From contig CBDANF010000003.1 of assembly GCA_965197475.1 (NCBI GenBank), positions 2,112,001-2,176,000 on the forward strand: 64,000 nt of DNA. Reading direction: 5' to 3'. This stretch comes from Candidatus Poribacteria bacterium. Lineage in GTDB: Bacteria > Poribacteria > WGA-4E > WGA-3G. Positions 31,045 to 41,709 of the stretch are shown here, in pieces. Under the pieces are notes generated by a model. It saw only the letters and a list, made by a program, of their open reading frames with translations. It had not been told where the DNA came from and ran no database searches. Position numbers and translations under genes: made by a program. The number at the start of each line of letters is the position of its first letter. The stretch's first letter is position 1.

Positions 31045-33111
31045 TTACTTATTTCCAAACCTCAATTTTTCCCAATCCCAGAGGAGGATTGTGCCATCCC
31101 TGCTCGCGCTGACTAATGTTTTTCCATCCGCGCCAAAGACCAAAGCATTAATCCAACTGGTATGTCCGTTGTGTGTAGACAACAGACGAAGTGTGCGTGC
31201 GTCCAACAATTGGATTTTACCGTTGTAAGTTCCACTTACGAGCGTTTTGCCATCTGGTGAAAATCGCAGAATGTTTGCTGTTTCCACATTTTGATTTTCG
31301 GTTAGCTGCTGACCTGTCGCTACGTCCCATAAATTGAATGTCTTATAATTTCCCCCACTAACGAGTGTTTTTCCGTCCGGTGAGAATGCTAACGCTCTGA
31401 TTGTATGTTTATGTTCAGTAGTAAGGGTAAATAAATTGCTACCTGTCTCCACTTCCCACAAACATATTATTTTGTCACTGCCTCCGCTCGCGAGTATTTT
31501 ACCATTTGGCGAGAATGCTAATTCTCCAATTGAAGCTGTGTGTCCCTCAAGTGTGTACCGTGGCTGAATCGTCTTTGATCTGGAAAAAAGACTCTTCAAA
31601 AACGATTGCGGCTGATTCGTAATGTCCCACACATGGACTACTCCAATTTGTTTATTATCCAGCGTAGTACTCGCCAACTTTTTTCCATCAAAAGAGAATG
31701 CGAATATGAAATTCAGCGCGATTGATGGATACCTGTGCCCTTCTAAGATGACTTGATCACGATTCTTGGAAATATTCCATAATTTTATCTTATTTTTCCC
31801 TTTCCAGTCCTTCATTATTAGGGTAGTAGCATCCGGTGAAATTGCCTCAGGGCTTTTCCATTTGAAGAAGGTCCCCGACAGATGGTGCCCTACATTAATA
31901 TCCCAATGCAGGAGTTGATTTTTCCATGAATGTACACTTATTAAGGTATTTCCTCCATCAGAAACGGCTAATCCAGAGATTTCGCTTGTATGTCCTGGGC
32001 ATCTGAATTGTTCCTTACCAGTGATTGTATCCCACGCTCGAATTGTACCATCGTCGCTGCCAGTGAGAAGTGTTTTTCCATCTGGTGAAAATGCTAACGC
32101 AGAAACACCGTCTTTGTGCCCCTTGAGCGTTAGAGTGGGCAAAAATCGGTTGATAGCACCCCGCCACCCTTCTTGTTTGGATTCTGCATTCCACAAACGC
32201 ACACTCCCATTACCACTTCCACTTGCAAGGAGTTTACCATTTGGTGAAAAGGTTAATGCAGAAAAACTAACTGATGCTTTGTAGGTTGCGTGAGATGTTG
32301 CAGTGTCCAGGTCCCACAAATGGATTGTTCTGTATTCATCACCACTTGCAAGCACCTTACCGTCAGGTGAAAAAGCCAAGGATTTGATCCTTCGTGTATG
32401 TCCTGTCAATGTTAGCAAACGCTTCCCAGTGTCAGTCTTCCATATATGTATCGGGTAACCGTTTTTTCCTTCATGTATTGCGGTTGCGAGAACACGTTTA
32501 TCTGGTGTGAGTGCGATAACTGGTATGAAACCGAATCCTGCTTCTAAAACAATCATCGTAATAGTCGGCGGAGCTGTGATGTTACTATTGTCCCATACAT
32601 GAACCTTCATTTGACTACCCGCGCTAACAAACTTTGTGCTGTCTGCAGAAAAGGCTACTGAGTTTATGGGCCGGATTTTTTCAGTAGTTGTGAAAGTTGA
32701 GAACAGTTCACCGGTATCTGCATTCCATCGCGATATTCCTCCTGTAAAATTTGCCCCCGTGAGCAACCTCCCGTCTGCTGAAAAAGCGATTCCTTTGACA
32801 TCTTGTCTATCCCCCTTAAACAGTGAGATTTCTGTCCCTGTGAGTGCATCATACATCCAGACACCGATAGTGGTTGCCACAGCAAACCGAGTGCCATCCG
32901 GTGAAAACTTTATGTCGTTTATGCTGCCTTTGCCTAAACGGGCTTTCGCACCTTCAGGCAATTCCCATTGGGTATACTCAACATTAGATGACTGTGGTAT
33001 CAGTTCCGTTGAATCCCGATTCTTTATCCAACGGACTAATACTGCCACAGCAATGATGGCGAACACCACCTGCAGTATTACAAAGACAATACGTGAGGCT
33101 TTCATCTTCAA
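31045..33111 (-). CDS. Membrane-anchored WD40-repeat protein, tandem paralog of 28953-31001
   Basis: Same architecture and collinear, with long near-identical blocks. Confidence 0.92.
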   Translation of the reverse strand: MKMKASRIVFVILQVVFAIIAVAVLVRWIKNRDSTELIPQSSNVEYTQWELPEGAKARLGKGSINDIKFSPDGTRFAVATTIGVWMYDALTGTEISLFKGDRQDVKGIAFSADGRLLTGANFTGGISRWNADTGELFSTFTTTEKIRPINSVAFSADSTKFVSAGSQMKVHVWDNSNITAPPTITMIVLEAGFGFIPVIALTPDKRVLATAIHEGKNGYPIHIWKTDTGKRLLTLTGHTRRIKSLAFSPDGKVLASGDEYRTIHLWDLDTATSHATYKASVSFSALTFSPNGKLLASGSGNGSVRLWNAESKQEGWRGAINRFLPTLTLKGHKDGVSALAFSPDGKTLLTGSDDGTIRAWDTITGKEQFRCPGHTSEISGLAVSDGGNTLISVHSWKNQLLHWDINVGHHLSGTFFKWKSPEAISPDATTLIMKDWKGKNKIKLWNISKNRDQVILEGHRYPSIALNFIFAFSFDGKKLASTTLDNKQIGVVHVWDITNQPQSFLKSLFSRSKTIQPRYTLEGHTASIGELAFSPNGKILASGGSDKIICLWEVETGSNLFTLTTEHKHTIRALAFSPDGKTLVSGGNYKTFNLWDVATGQQLTENQNVETANILRFSPDGKTLVSGTYNGKIQLLDARTLRLLSTHNGHTSWINALVFGADGKTLVSASRDGTILLWDWEKLRFGNK

Positions 33112-33249
33112 GTTCCTTTCACACCGTAATTTTCTAATAGTTTATCACAAAACACATTAAAATGTAATTTGTAAAAAATTGAATGGGGCAGCATTAGACC
33201 GTGCAAGGTATATTCAAATGGGAAGGATTTGGAGGAATTTGCTATTTTG

Positions 33250-35679
33250 TTACTGCTTAACAATCGTAAGGGGAAGGCTTGTTGATCTGCCTGCACCGTC
33301 AATACATGTCAATTCATGCTTTCCAGCAATAGGGGTTAAGAAAGTCGGTTCTACTGCTTGCCCCTTAAAAACAAGTTCACCGTTTAGAAACCAGAAGATC
33401 TCCTGCGTATCACCCGAAACTGAAGCAGCTAACCGAATTTTTTGATACTCTGGCGGAATGTTAGCACGGATATGATAGACAGCATCACGTGCTGGAGACA
33501 GAATAACTGGATGAGTGCCAGCAAGAGGACGTGTGCAATCAGCATTATGTGCGGGAAGCCGGGACACACCAAATCCGTTTGCATCCAACCAAGTCGCAAC
33601 CGCTGCAGGCCACACCGCAATCGTCTCTTCACGGAAATGTTTTCCGGGTCTGCACGATGAACAGAGGCGTTCGCCTGTAGTTATATCTACCTGTATGCTT
33701 TTATGTATGTGACACTCACGGACGGAAGAAACGCCTGGGATATATACATCGGATATTGAAGTTAGGCAATGAGGTGACAGTGGTAGACCTGTGAGGGCAC
33801 AAACCAGACGCGTTTTGAGGTTGACTGGTTCGGTAAACCACTGATGCGCCTTTTCTCCAGATAGTGTTGTGAAAAGAGCGAAAAGAATAGGTGCTGCGGC
33901 TTCAGAACCGCTAAGAATAGGGACTCCAGTTCCGTTGAAATTGCCGATCCATACGCCGATAGTTAGTTCTGGTGAATAACCGATACTCCACGCATCTCTG
34001 TGCCCATAGGAGGTTCCCGTTTTCCACGCCACCTTCGGCATAGTGCCAGTTACTTCAAAAGATTCAGGAAAATCGGGGCGTTTTAAGGTCGTCAACATTT
34101 CCGTGATGACCCAACTGGTCTCAGGTCGCAGTAAGCGCGATACAGATGCAGAAACAGATGCCCCACCTCTTTTCTCATTACCTGCAGCTCTGTCTACTAT
34201 TAATTGATACGGTGCAAACTCACCCATATTTGCTAAACCTGCGTAAAGATTTGTCAGTTCAAGTAGATTAACACCACATCCGCCAAGCACAAGCGAAAGT
34301 CCATATTCCACTTGATCGGAGAATGTGGAGATTCCCGCTTGTTGTAGGAGACCGTAAAGTTGACTTTCTCCCAATTTGGCATAGAGATTGACGGCGGGAA
34401 CATTAAGGGAGCGCGCTAATGCCTCTTGTGCTGTAATATATCCTGTGAATTTTCCATCGAAATTCACAGGGGAATAGCCGACATAATCAACGGGCACATC
34501 AAATAAAAGTGTTCGTGGGGTAATTATTCCTTTATCAATTGCAAGTGCATAGATAAAAGGCTTGAGCGTTGATCCGGGGGATCGTAAAGCAAGTGTGCCG
34601 TTGACTTGTCCTTCAGATGCTTTATCGAAAAAATCATGTGAGCCGACCATGGCAAGCACTTCACGGGTTTTAGTATCTATAATGACAACTGATCCTGTTG
34701 AGACACCTTGTCCTTGTAGTGGTCGCAAGTGTTCACGTAAAATACGTTCAGCAGTGTCTTGGTAGTGTTGATCAATTGTTGTGTGTATCCGCTGATTACC
34801 GACATGTTGAGATACTTGAGAAGGTTGTTCGTTGACAAGGAGGCGGGACAGATGCGGAGCCTTGAAAGGAAGCGAGTATCGTTTTTTCGGGATTGGCTCT
34901 TGTCCTGCTTCTTGCAGCTGTTGTTTAGATATTTTCCCAGCGTCTTTCATGCGTTGCAATACCTTTTTTCTTGCCTTGCGCGCACGTTCAGGAAAGCGAT
35001 CAGGACGCAATCGTTCCGGTGAATTTGGTATTGCTGCTAAAAGTGCGGCTTCTCCAAGGCTAAGCGCACTTTGCGGTTTATTAAAATAGAGACGTGCAGC
35101 TGCACCTGAACCGACAATGTTCCCGCCATAAGGTAACATATTGAAGTAAAACGTTAAAATCTCCGATTTCGTGTAGGTCAGTTCCAGTTGAAATGCTCGA
35201 AACATTTCGAAAAGTTTATTCGGCAACGTGCGATTCTTCGGTTCCATAAGCCGGGCAAGCTGCATTGTAATTGTAGAACCACCCCGTACGATTTTACCTG
35301 CTTTAAGGTTATCAAATGTTGCCCCTGCAAGTGAAACAGGGTTGATGCCCCAATGATGGTAAAACCACCGATCTTCATAAGTTAACATAGCAGTTTGGAA
35401 TCGAGGGGAGATGGCATCAAGAGAGGTTTCAGGCAATCGCCACATGTCATCGGGTGCTGTGAAAGCACGGAGCCATTCACCGTTTCTATCAAGCACTACA
35501 GTTGATGGTGGAAGTTGGAGTTTTTCCGTAGACAGTGGAAAACACCAGTTGGCGAGTGCGAAAAAGCAGAACGGAATTAGAGGTAATATAAAAATATACC
35601 ATCTTTTCCGTACGATTTTTGCAAATTTGAGATATGGGAGCGTTCGCAGATGGGAAAGACTAAGTTTCGTCAGTTTCAT
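33250..35679 (-). CDS. pbpC: Penicillin-binding protein 1C
   Basis: EDRWF, GGSTITMQLAR, SxxK (GSTLKP), SLN, KTGTS, C-terminal BiPBP domain; next to the alpha-2-macroglobulin gene; start uncertain (ORF track 35763). Confidence 0.95.
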   Translation of the reverse strand: MKLTKLSLSHLRTLPYLKFAKIVRKRWYIFILPLIPFCFFALANWCFPLSTEKLQLPPSTVVLDRNGEWLRAFTAPDDMWRLPETSLDAISPRFQTAMLTYEDRWFYHHWGINPVSLAGATFDNLKAGKIVRGGSTITMQLARLMEPKNRTLPNKLFEMFRAFQLELTYTKSEILTFYFNMLPYGGNIVGSGAAARLYFNKPQSALSLGEAALLAAIPNSPERLRPDRFPERARKARKKVLQRMKDAGKISKQQLQEAGQEPIPKKRYSLPFKAPHLSRLLVNEQPSQVSQHVGNQRIHTTIDQHYQDTAERILREHLRPLQGQGVSTGSVVIIDTKTREVLAMVGSHDFFDKASEGQVNGTLALRSPGSTLKPFIYALAIDKGIITPRTLLFDVPVDYVGYSPVNFDGKFTGYITAQEALARSLNVPAVNLYAKLGESQLYGLLQQAGISTFSDQVEYGLSLVLGGCGVNLLELTNLYAGLANMGEFAPYQLIVDRAAGNEKRGGASVSASVSRLLRPETSWVITEMLTTLKRPDFPESFEVTGTMPKVAWKTGTSYGHRDAWSIGYSPELTIGVWIGNFNGTGVPILSGSEAAAPILFALFTTLSGEKAHQWFTEPVNLKTRLVCALTGLPLSPHCLTSISDVYIPGVSSVRECHIHKSIQVDITTGERLCSSCRPGKHFREETIAVWPAAVATWLDANGFGVSRLPAHNADCTRPLAGTHPVILSPARDAVYHIRANIPPEYQKIRLAASVSGDTQEIFWFLNGELVFKGQAVEPTFLTPIAGKHELTCIDGAGRSTSLPLTIVKQ

Positions 35680-35692
35680 CGGTAGTGTTATG

Positions 35693-35732
35693 GGGAAGAG
35701 TAGAGGGAAGAGGAAAACCCTCCTACTCTTCC
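35693..35732. other. Intergenic hairpin between the macroglobulin gene and pbpC
   Basis: GGAAGAGTAGAGGG ... CCCTCCTACTCTTCC imperfect inverted repeat. Confidence 0.45.
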
Positions 35733-35784
35733 AGCTTGCCCTATGAGTTTGGGCATAGAACAATATGTATGAATCTAATTACAA

Positions 35785-35920
35785 CAGGACTTACGCAAAT
35801 TGAGTAGAAAAGGCAGAATACGCGTGTGGTATTCTGCATGATATTGGCCTTAAAAAGTCGTTATTTCGGTATTTTAACCCCCTTATCAAGGGGACTTTTG
35901 AACCTATTGCGTAAGTCCTA
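35785..35920. mobile_element. MITE copy 1 (14-bp TIR CAGGACTTACGCAA, 5-bp TSD TACAA)
   Basis: CAGGACTTACGCAA...TTGCGTAAGTCCTA, flanked by TACAA at 35780-84 and 35921-25; homologous to 42855-42977. Confidence 0.85.
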
Positions 35921-35926
35921 TACAAC

Positions 35927-38900
35927 TTACTCAATGACTTTGAGTTTACCGCTACCAGCGACAGAAGATCTCGCTGGATCATACATAGCTTCTGCGGAAA
36001 CAGGCGGTAAGGTAAAGTTTCCGCGGGTCACGGCGCGAAGTGCATAGTGGAATTTCCGTTCCCGTTGACGCGGGAAAGTACCAAAGAAGATCAACCGATC
36101 ATCGCGAATATCAACGTAATCCGGTTTGAAATTCTGCGTTTTCAACCATGGAATTCCTGCACGCGATGCTAACCTGGCATTCTCAATCTCAAAACCTGCT
36201 GGCAACATATCTACAACAACTACATTTTCAAGGTTTGATGTCAGTGCTTTTACAGTAACTTCTGCAATTACCATATCCCCATGTCGAAATTCATTATCAT
36301 AAGGCATTCCATCTTGTTTAAGATAACGTCGGCGCACCTCCAAATCCCGATCATACTCCTCAATAAAGGAATCACGCCGGATTCCGAAGGCTGACCAATA
36401 GTAATAACAACTCCCTTCGCCTTCAATAGCAATTTTCACTTGTGCGCCGTCCCAATCTGTATTCGCTAATCGAACCGAAGGCGTTGTTGAATCAAAATCA
36501 GTAAGATGCGTATCATTTAGGGTAAGTGTGCCGGTGTAGTTGCCATCCATTTTCTTCTTAAGGATTTTGCCGAGCGCGAGAAAGGCGAATGCGTTCTCTT
36601 GAGTCGTGCCCCATCGTTTTCTTTGAGACGCAGCGTCGCTAAGATAGCTCACAAGCATCGGAATTGACGGATGGTTTTCGTTGACCTCAGCGAGTACGTC
36701 AAGGATAATCGCTTGCGAACGCACAGGCGAATCGAAGTTTGTACCTGTCTGGCGGCTCCCTCCATTTTGAGATGAGATAGAAATAGGCAGCATAGAGAGT
36801 GCTGTTTCCAACTCACCACTGAGCGCAAAGGCACCCGCCAATTGAAACTGACTATAGTCCGCGAGACTACTGAGGAGGTTATTTTTAAAGTAGTGCATCA
36901 CGCCTTTTTCTGGTTGTCCTGCTGCTGCTAATACATAGCAGGCATAGACCGCACGCTCAACTTTGTGTCTATTAGATTCATTAACGGACTTTTGGTCGCT
37001 TGATATTTGTTTCGCTTGCTGTCTTAGTCCATCAAGCAATCCGTTGTAGACACGATCAGAGACTTCGTAGCCTGCTTTACGAGCTTCAACCAGAAAGTGA
37101 GAAGCATAAACACTACTCCAGTGATTGATATAACGCCCGCCCGGCCAATACGAAAAATGGTTTTGAGAGGTGAGCATACCTTCAAGTTTAGCGATACCAG
37201 ACGTAATGTAGTAATCAACGCTTTCATCCGAAACGAGTTCAGGATCAACAGTTCGCGCAACATCACTAAAATAGAGCAGTGGAAATACTCGACTTGTTGT
37301 TTGCTCAAGACAACCGTAAGGATAACGAAGTAGGTAACGAATCCCACCGGCAAACTCAATTGCAGGAAACGGAGATACAGTGAGGGTAAAGTCGGAGGAC
37401 TCTGCTATCAAATTGGAAGGCAAGACGAAATCCGCAGCATTTTCCGCGCTGACCACTCCATGCCCTGTCTCAGTTATCGGCGGCGCAGCAGACCGAAGGG
37501 GAAGTTGAACAGACATCTGTGTGCTTTCGTTATTCCCAGAAGCAGACAACGTGAAAATAGCTTTACCGATTGAATCATGAGTAAGCAGATCAAATATAAG
37601 TTGTTCCTCTCTTCCCGCTGCAATCTGGACATGCTTTCGAAGGTGATTTTCTTGAGCCTGCGGTTCTGATTCTGTAGTCCCAGGTAGGAGTCGAACATCA
37701 CCGGTCGCCTTAATTTCTACATCAAATTCTCCATCCTTTCCAGTTCCGTTGTGAACACTAACGGGGAATTGGATGCGATCACCACCTGAAAGGAAGCGTG
37801 GAAATGTCGGTGTTAATACCACCGGTTCCCGAACTTTCGTGAATTTCTCTGCGGAACCGTAGTACGCGTTGGAAAAAGCGACAGCCATTAATCGTATGGT
37901 ACCGTTAAACTGCGGAATGTGGAAACTTGCCGTGCCTCTTCCATAACGATCTGTTTTCAGAATTCCTGACCAGAGCGAGACCGGTTTCACACGCATGACG
38001 CTGGCGGTGTTGAGGCGTTTAGCACGACCACCAAGGTTCGCGGATGCATCACCACCAATGCTGGAATCGCCACGCACAATCTCAATCTCCGGTAAAATTG
38101 CGGAGTAGAGGTCATAGGCGCGTGTTTTCAGCCCACGCTGACGGTAAAAGTAACCGTGGGGATTAGGCACCCGAAAATCGGTTAACTGAAGTATCCCTTC
38201 ATCAACCGCAGCAATGGTAACATGGGAGAACGCGCTTTGTTGCCCACGCACACGGAACTTAACAGTTACATCGCTATTCGGACGAATCTCCTCAGGCGCA
38301 TCCAAATCAATGCTGAGACGATTAGGTTCAGAGTCCAATTTCAGCGGAATGATGCCAAAAGCACGCGCAGGCGCGTGTTCTTCCAACGAATCTGTTGACC
38401 GAATCAAAGTTCCGGAGAGGTATATGTTCGGTTTATAGCTGTACTTGACCGGGATCCTCAAACTCGCTGTATTGCCTTTTAAGTTAACAGTTCGGTAACT
38501 TAAAATCTTTTCCCGCTCTATTGTCAATAACAGTTTGCCGGGGAATGGTGCTTTAATCTGAAGTTTCGCAGTCTGTCCGGGTTGATACGCTGGTTTATCT
38601 AACGTCATCTCAAGCAGGCTCGGATTTTCCATGGACAAAGGAACGGATCCCCAACCGGTAGTTTCCATTTTGAGTTCCGTTTTCGCGCCGGAGGCGGTAT
38701 CTTCCAGATGTACACGATATTCGCCATACTCAGAAGGTGTAAAAGTGAATGTCCCCATCTCTGCTGCTGAAACAAATTGATGCGATTCCAAGGAAGTAAT
38801 TTGTTCATCCGACACATATTCATAACGACCTCGCGAGTTGCGGCGGAGTATAGTGTTCCAATGGACTTTATGAACAGTGAGTACTAAGTCACGTCCGGCT

Positions 38901-41371
38901 ACTGCATTTCCATTTTTGTCCACGGCAATATAGTTAAAAGAAACATTTTGATTAGGTTTAATAACCCCTGAACTTGAACGTTTGATGCCGACATAATGTG
39001 AATACGGATGAATAACAACGCGATATGAAGCCGTTACGGCTCTGCCACCAGGTTCGTTCACTGTTGCTGTTAGTACCCCATTCAACTGAGAAGGTGCTTT
39101 GACAGTGTCCGGCAGCAGGAATTTATAATGCGCTTTACCTTCAGCATCAGTCTTGGTATCTTCTAAAGTAGTCCGTTGTTTCTCAAACGGCATAGTACTC
39201 GAAAAGTGGAATGAACGCCACTTTTCCACTGGAACATACGGTACTGCTTCAAGCATGTAAGACGCTGTTACTTTTCGGTTTACAGCAGGCGGCCCGAAAA
39301 GATTAACAGCAGAAACATCCATTCCGACCTCAACGCCTAAGTCATACTCAGATTTGTCTGCCGTAACAGAGACTTTCATCCGGTCGGGCATAAACTCTTC
39401 CACCTGAAATCGTGAACGACCAATCTCCTTGTCAGCAACGCTCATCTTGGCAACATAACTTCCTGTCTGTGCGTAAGCCGGTAACGGGATTGTTATCTCA
39501 CAACCCCCGCGTCTATCCGTATTTTGACGAAATTCATTTATAACTCTACCATCTGGTGCTAAAATCTGAATGTGGGTTGGAAGCGACGGAGGTGTTGCAT
39601 TTTGCTTTCCACGGACGATTGCAGCCAGTGCTACCTTCTCACCAGGCCGATAAACCCCACGACTCGTGTAGAGAAACGCCTCATAGCCTGCTGTTAAATA
39701 AGCAGAACCGCCAACATTAAAATCTCCAGTGGAAAGTTGATGTCGGTTTAGCTGAATGAAGGATAGGTCATCCCCTTTCTCCACTGTCAGCATAAATGGG
39801 GTAAAACCCTCAGTTTTTTGATCAACTGAGGGAAACTTGACGAAGCCTTCCCAATTTGTTTTTCCAGTCAGTAGCGTTTGGTTGTTATCGCTGACTAACT
39901 TAACTGTGGCTTGTGAAACAGACTTTAAGTTGGTAAGCGAATTGACCCAAACCCATAACTCATCCCCTGCTCTTTTAGTAATGATCCCGAGGTCCGTCAA
40001 CATCACCCATTGTGTCGCACGAGCCCGATAACTCTTTGGGTCTCGAACATTAACTTTAAAAATACCGACATGTTTATCATTCAAGTACTGTCCAAGAGTA
40101 ATATACGTACGGACTTCCTCGTTCAGTTTTGAGGGAATATTAAGTGTTTCGGAATGAATTGGCTTCCCTAAATTATCTGTCCAAGCACTCCAATTTCTTA
40201 GTTTAGACACATAAACAAGGTTGTTGCCGAAGACTTTTTCTATTCGCACTTCAACATTATGTACATTTATCGTTGCCAAACCGAGATTCATATTTTGATT
40301 TCTGGTAAGAAAGAAACCATTGCCCACAAAACGGATTTGCGGAGGCACATCTGGGATTGTAAGTCGGACAGAATGTGACTTCTTTAATACGGAACCGTCG
40401 GCAGCTGTCAACCCTTCCTGAACTGTGACTTCATATTTACTACGTCGCTTGAAATCACCATGGATTTCAATCCCACCGTATCTGGTAATAATCTGAGTAT
40501 CTACCTCTGGTTTGATACGAATATACGGTTGCACCGTGTCAATTGGAATGCGGGAACTAAAACGGAGGGCAATATGAGGTTTTCCAGAGCCTTCTTGGAC
40601 ATTGGCATACGTAACACCGAGTGTGTCTCTGCCGGTTAAGGTCATTGATTTAACGTTCGCCTCTTTCAACCCGATCTGCCCACCTGTACATTTAAACCTT
40701 TTCTCAATTCGCACCTTGAGATTTTGGTCTCCGAGCAGACGCGGAATCTCTTCAGTTTCTAATTTAATCTCCCTAGCAATTCCATTTTGTGGTTGAAGCG
40801 TATAAGGTATATCAACATCCTCTTGAAGTCGGATAGACAGGTTTGCGCGTAAATCAGCAATATTGACCGGATAATTAAATGTTAACTTCCCAACAACCTT
40901 TGCGTGTGTTTTAGTGTATTTGAATTCAAGGCTTTTCTTTTGTACGCGGAAGGGTTCAGTTGAAAAAGTGAATTTTCGATCACCGGTGATGACAAACCCA
41001 AGGGGGCTCTGGTGTAATTTGGGGGAAAGTTCCACAGTATAACTTGCGGAGGGGGCTAAGGGGCTTTCTAAAAAGAAGCGGATTGTATCGCGCGCTATCC
41101 AACGGGCGACTCCCTTAACAGTGGGGGTAAATTGAATCGCACGATCCGGTAATTCAGTGTTAATCACTGAATTATCAATTATCGGTTCCGAAAACGTAAA
41201 CGTAAAATCAACCCATTGCGGAACTTTTTCGCCTTTCGGCGTAAAGGATTTAACGGTGACGCGCGGCTTTGCATCCGATATCAAACTATGGATATAGAGT
41301 GACCCGATAATCAAAATGAGCAAAGAAAGAAGGGCAACAACACCTGTTAAAAGTTTTTTTGATTCCATCAT
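35927..41371 (-). CDS. yfhM: Bacterial alpha-2-macroglobulin (YfhM-like)
   Basis: RGVYRPGE, VEEFMPDRM, AAVDEGILQLT, thioester motif YPYGCLEQ, DMLPAGFE, DIRDDR, AEAMY. Confidence 0.95.
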   Translation of the reverse strand: MMESKKLLTGVVALLSLLILIIGSLYIHSLISDAKPRVTVKSFTPKGEKVPQWVDFTFTFSEPIIDNSVINTELPDRAIQFTPTVKGVARWIARDTIRFFLESPLAPSASYTVELSPKLHQSPLGFVITGDRKFTFSTEPFRVQKKSLEFKYTKTHAKVVGKLTFNYPVNIADLRANLSIRLQEDVDIPYTLQPQNGIAREIKLETEEIPRLLGDQNLKVRIEKRFKCTGGQIGLKEANVKSMTLTGRDTLGVTYANVQEGSGKPHIALRFSSRIPIDTVQPYIRIKPEVDTQIITRYGGIEIHGDFKRRSKYEVTVQEGLTAADGSVLKKSHSVRLTIPDVPPQIRFVGNGFFLTRNQNMNLGLATINVHNVEVRIEKVFGNNLVYVSKLRNWSAWTDNLGKPIHSETLNIPSKLNEEVRTYITLGQYLNDKHVGIFKVNVRDPKSYRARATQWVMLTDLGIITKRAGDELWVWVNSLTNLKSVSQATVKLVSDNNQTLLTGKTNWEGFVKFPSVDQKTEGFTPFMLTVEKGDDLSFIQLNRHQLSTGDFNVGGSAYLTAGYEAFLYTSRGVYRPGEKVALAAIVRGKQNATPPSLPTHIQILAPDGRVINEFRQNTDRRGGCEITIPLPAYAQTGSYVAKMSVADKEIGRSRFQVEEFMPDRMKVSVTADKSEYDLGVEVGMDVSAVNLFGPPAVNRKVTASYMLEAVPYVPVEKWRSFHFSSTMPFEKQRTTLEDTKTDAEGKAHYKFLLPDTVKAPSQLNGVLTATVNEPGGRAVTASYRVVIHPYSHYVGIKRSSSGVIKPNQNVSFNYIAVDKNGNAVAGRDLVLTVHKVHWNTILRRNSRGRYEYVSDEQITSLESHQFVSAAEMGTFTFTPSEYGEYRVHLEDTASGAKTELKMETTGWGSVPLSMENPSLLEMTLDKPAYQPGQTAKLQIKAPFPGKLLLTIEREKILSYRTVNLKGNTASLRIPVKYSYKPNIYLSGTLIRSTDSLEEHAPARAFGIIPLKLDSEPNRLSIDLDAPEEIRPNSDVTVKFRVRGQQSAFSHVTIAAVDEGILQLTDFRVPNPHGYFYRQRGLKTRAYDLYSAILPEIEIVRGDSSIGGDASANLGGRAKRLNTASVMRVKPVSLWSGILKTDRYGRGTASFHIPQFNGTIRLMAVAFSNAYYGSAEKFTKVREPVVLTPTFPRFLSGGDRIQFPVSVHNGTGKDGEFDVEIKATGDVRLLPGTTESEPQAQENHLRKHVQIAAGREEQLIFDLLTHDSIGKAIFTLSASGNNESTQMSVQLPLRSAAPPITETGHGVVSAENAADFVLPSNLIAESSDFTLTVSPFPAIEFAGGIRYLLRYPYGCLEQTTSRVFPLLYFSDVARTVDPELVSDESVDYYITSGIAKLEGMLTSQNHFSYWPGGRYINHWSSVYASHFLVEARKAGYEVSDRVYNGLLDGLRQQAKQISSDQKSVNESNRHKVERAVYACYVLAAAGQPEKGVMHYFKNNLLSSLADYSQFQLAGAFALSGELETALSMLPISISSQNGGSRQTGTNFDSPVRSQAIILDVLAEVNENHPSIPMLVSYLSDAASQRKRWGTTQENAFAFLALGKILKKKMDGNYTGTLTLNDTHLTDFDSTTPSVRLANTDWDGAQVKIAIEGEGSCYYYWSAFGIRRDSFIEEYDRDLEVRRRYLKQDGMPYDNEFRHGDMVIAEVTVKALTSNLENVVVVDMLPAGFEIENARLASRAGIPWLKTQNFKPDYVDIRDDRLIFFGTFPRQRERKFHYALRAVTRGNFTLPPVSAEAMYDPARSSVAGSGKLKVIE

Positions 41372-41439
41372 AAAATGTCTCCTAAAGTTGGCATGTTATT
41401 CAAATCTCTGAAGGTCATTTTTTCATTCGTAAGGTATGT

Positions 41440-41455
41440 AGCAATTTTCGTGCCA
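41440..41455 (-). promoter_or_regulatory. Sigma54 (-24/-12) promoter of the macroglobulin-pbpC operon
   Basis: Minus strand TGGCACGAAAATTGCT, an exact match to TGGCACG-N4-TTGCW, about 70 nt upstream of the ATG. Confidence 0.75.
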
Positions 41456-41709
41456 AAATTTGCGTTTTCTAACGGTATCCCGGAATCGTTTAGGTTTTGT
41501 GTTTTGCCCTCCTCTATCTACAACACGCAACAAACCACGTGAGGACACTCAAATCAATGGGTTATAGAATGTGTATCTTGGTTCCTGACGTTATCTGATC
41601 TTCAGGTTTATCCTTATAAACAACCAAAAATAATATGTTCTGTTATTAACTTATGCTCCAAACTCAAAATGGGATCTTAAGCAAGGAACAAGGGTAAACA
41701 TTTTACCAT

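Noticed and set aside
23152-33111. Diversity-generating retroelement, with the WD40 fragment as template and the WD40 genes as targets
   Set aside because: No reverse transcriptase is present in the window, and the differences between these sequences are not restricted to adenines.
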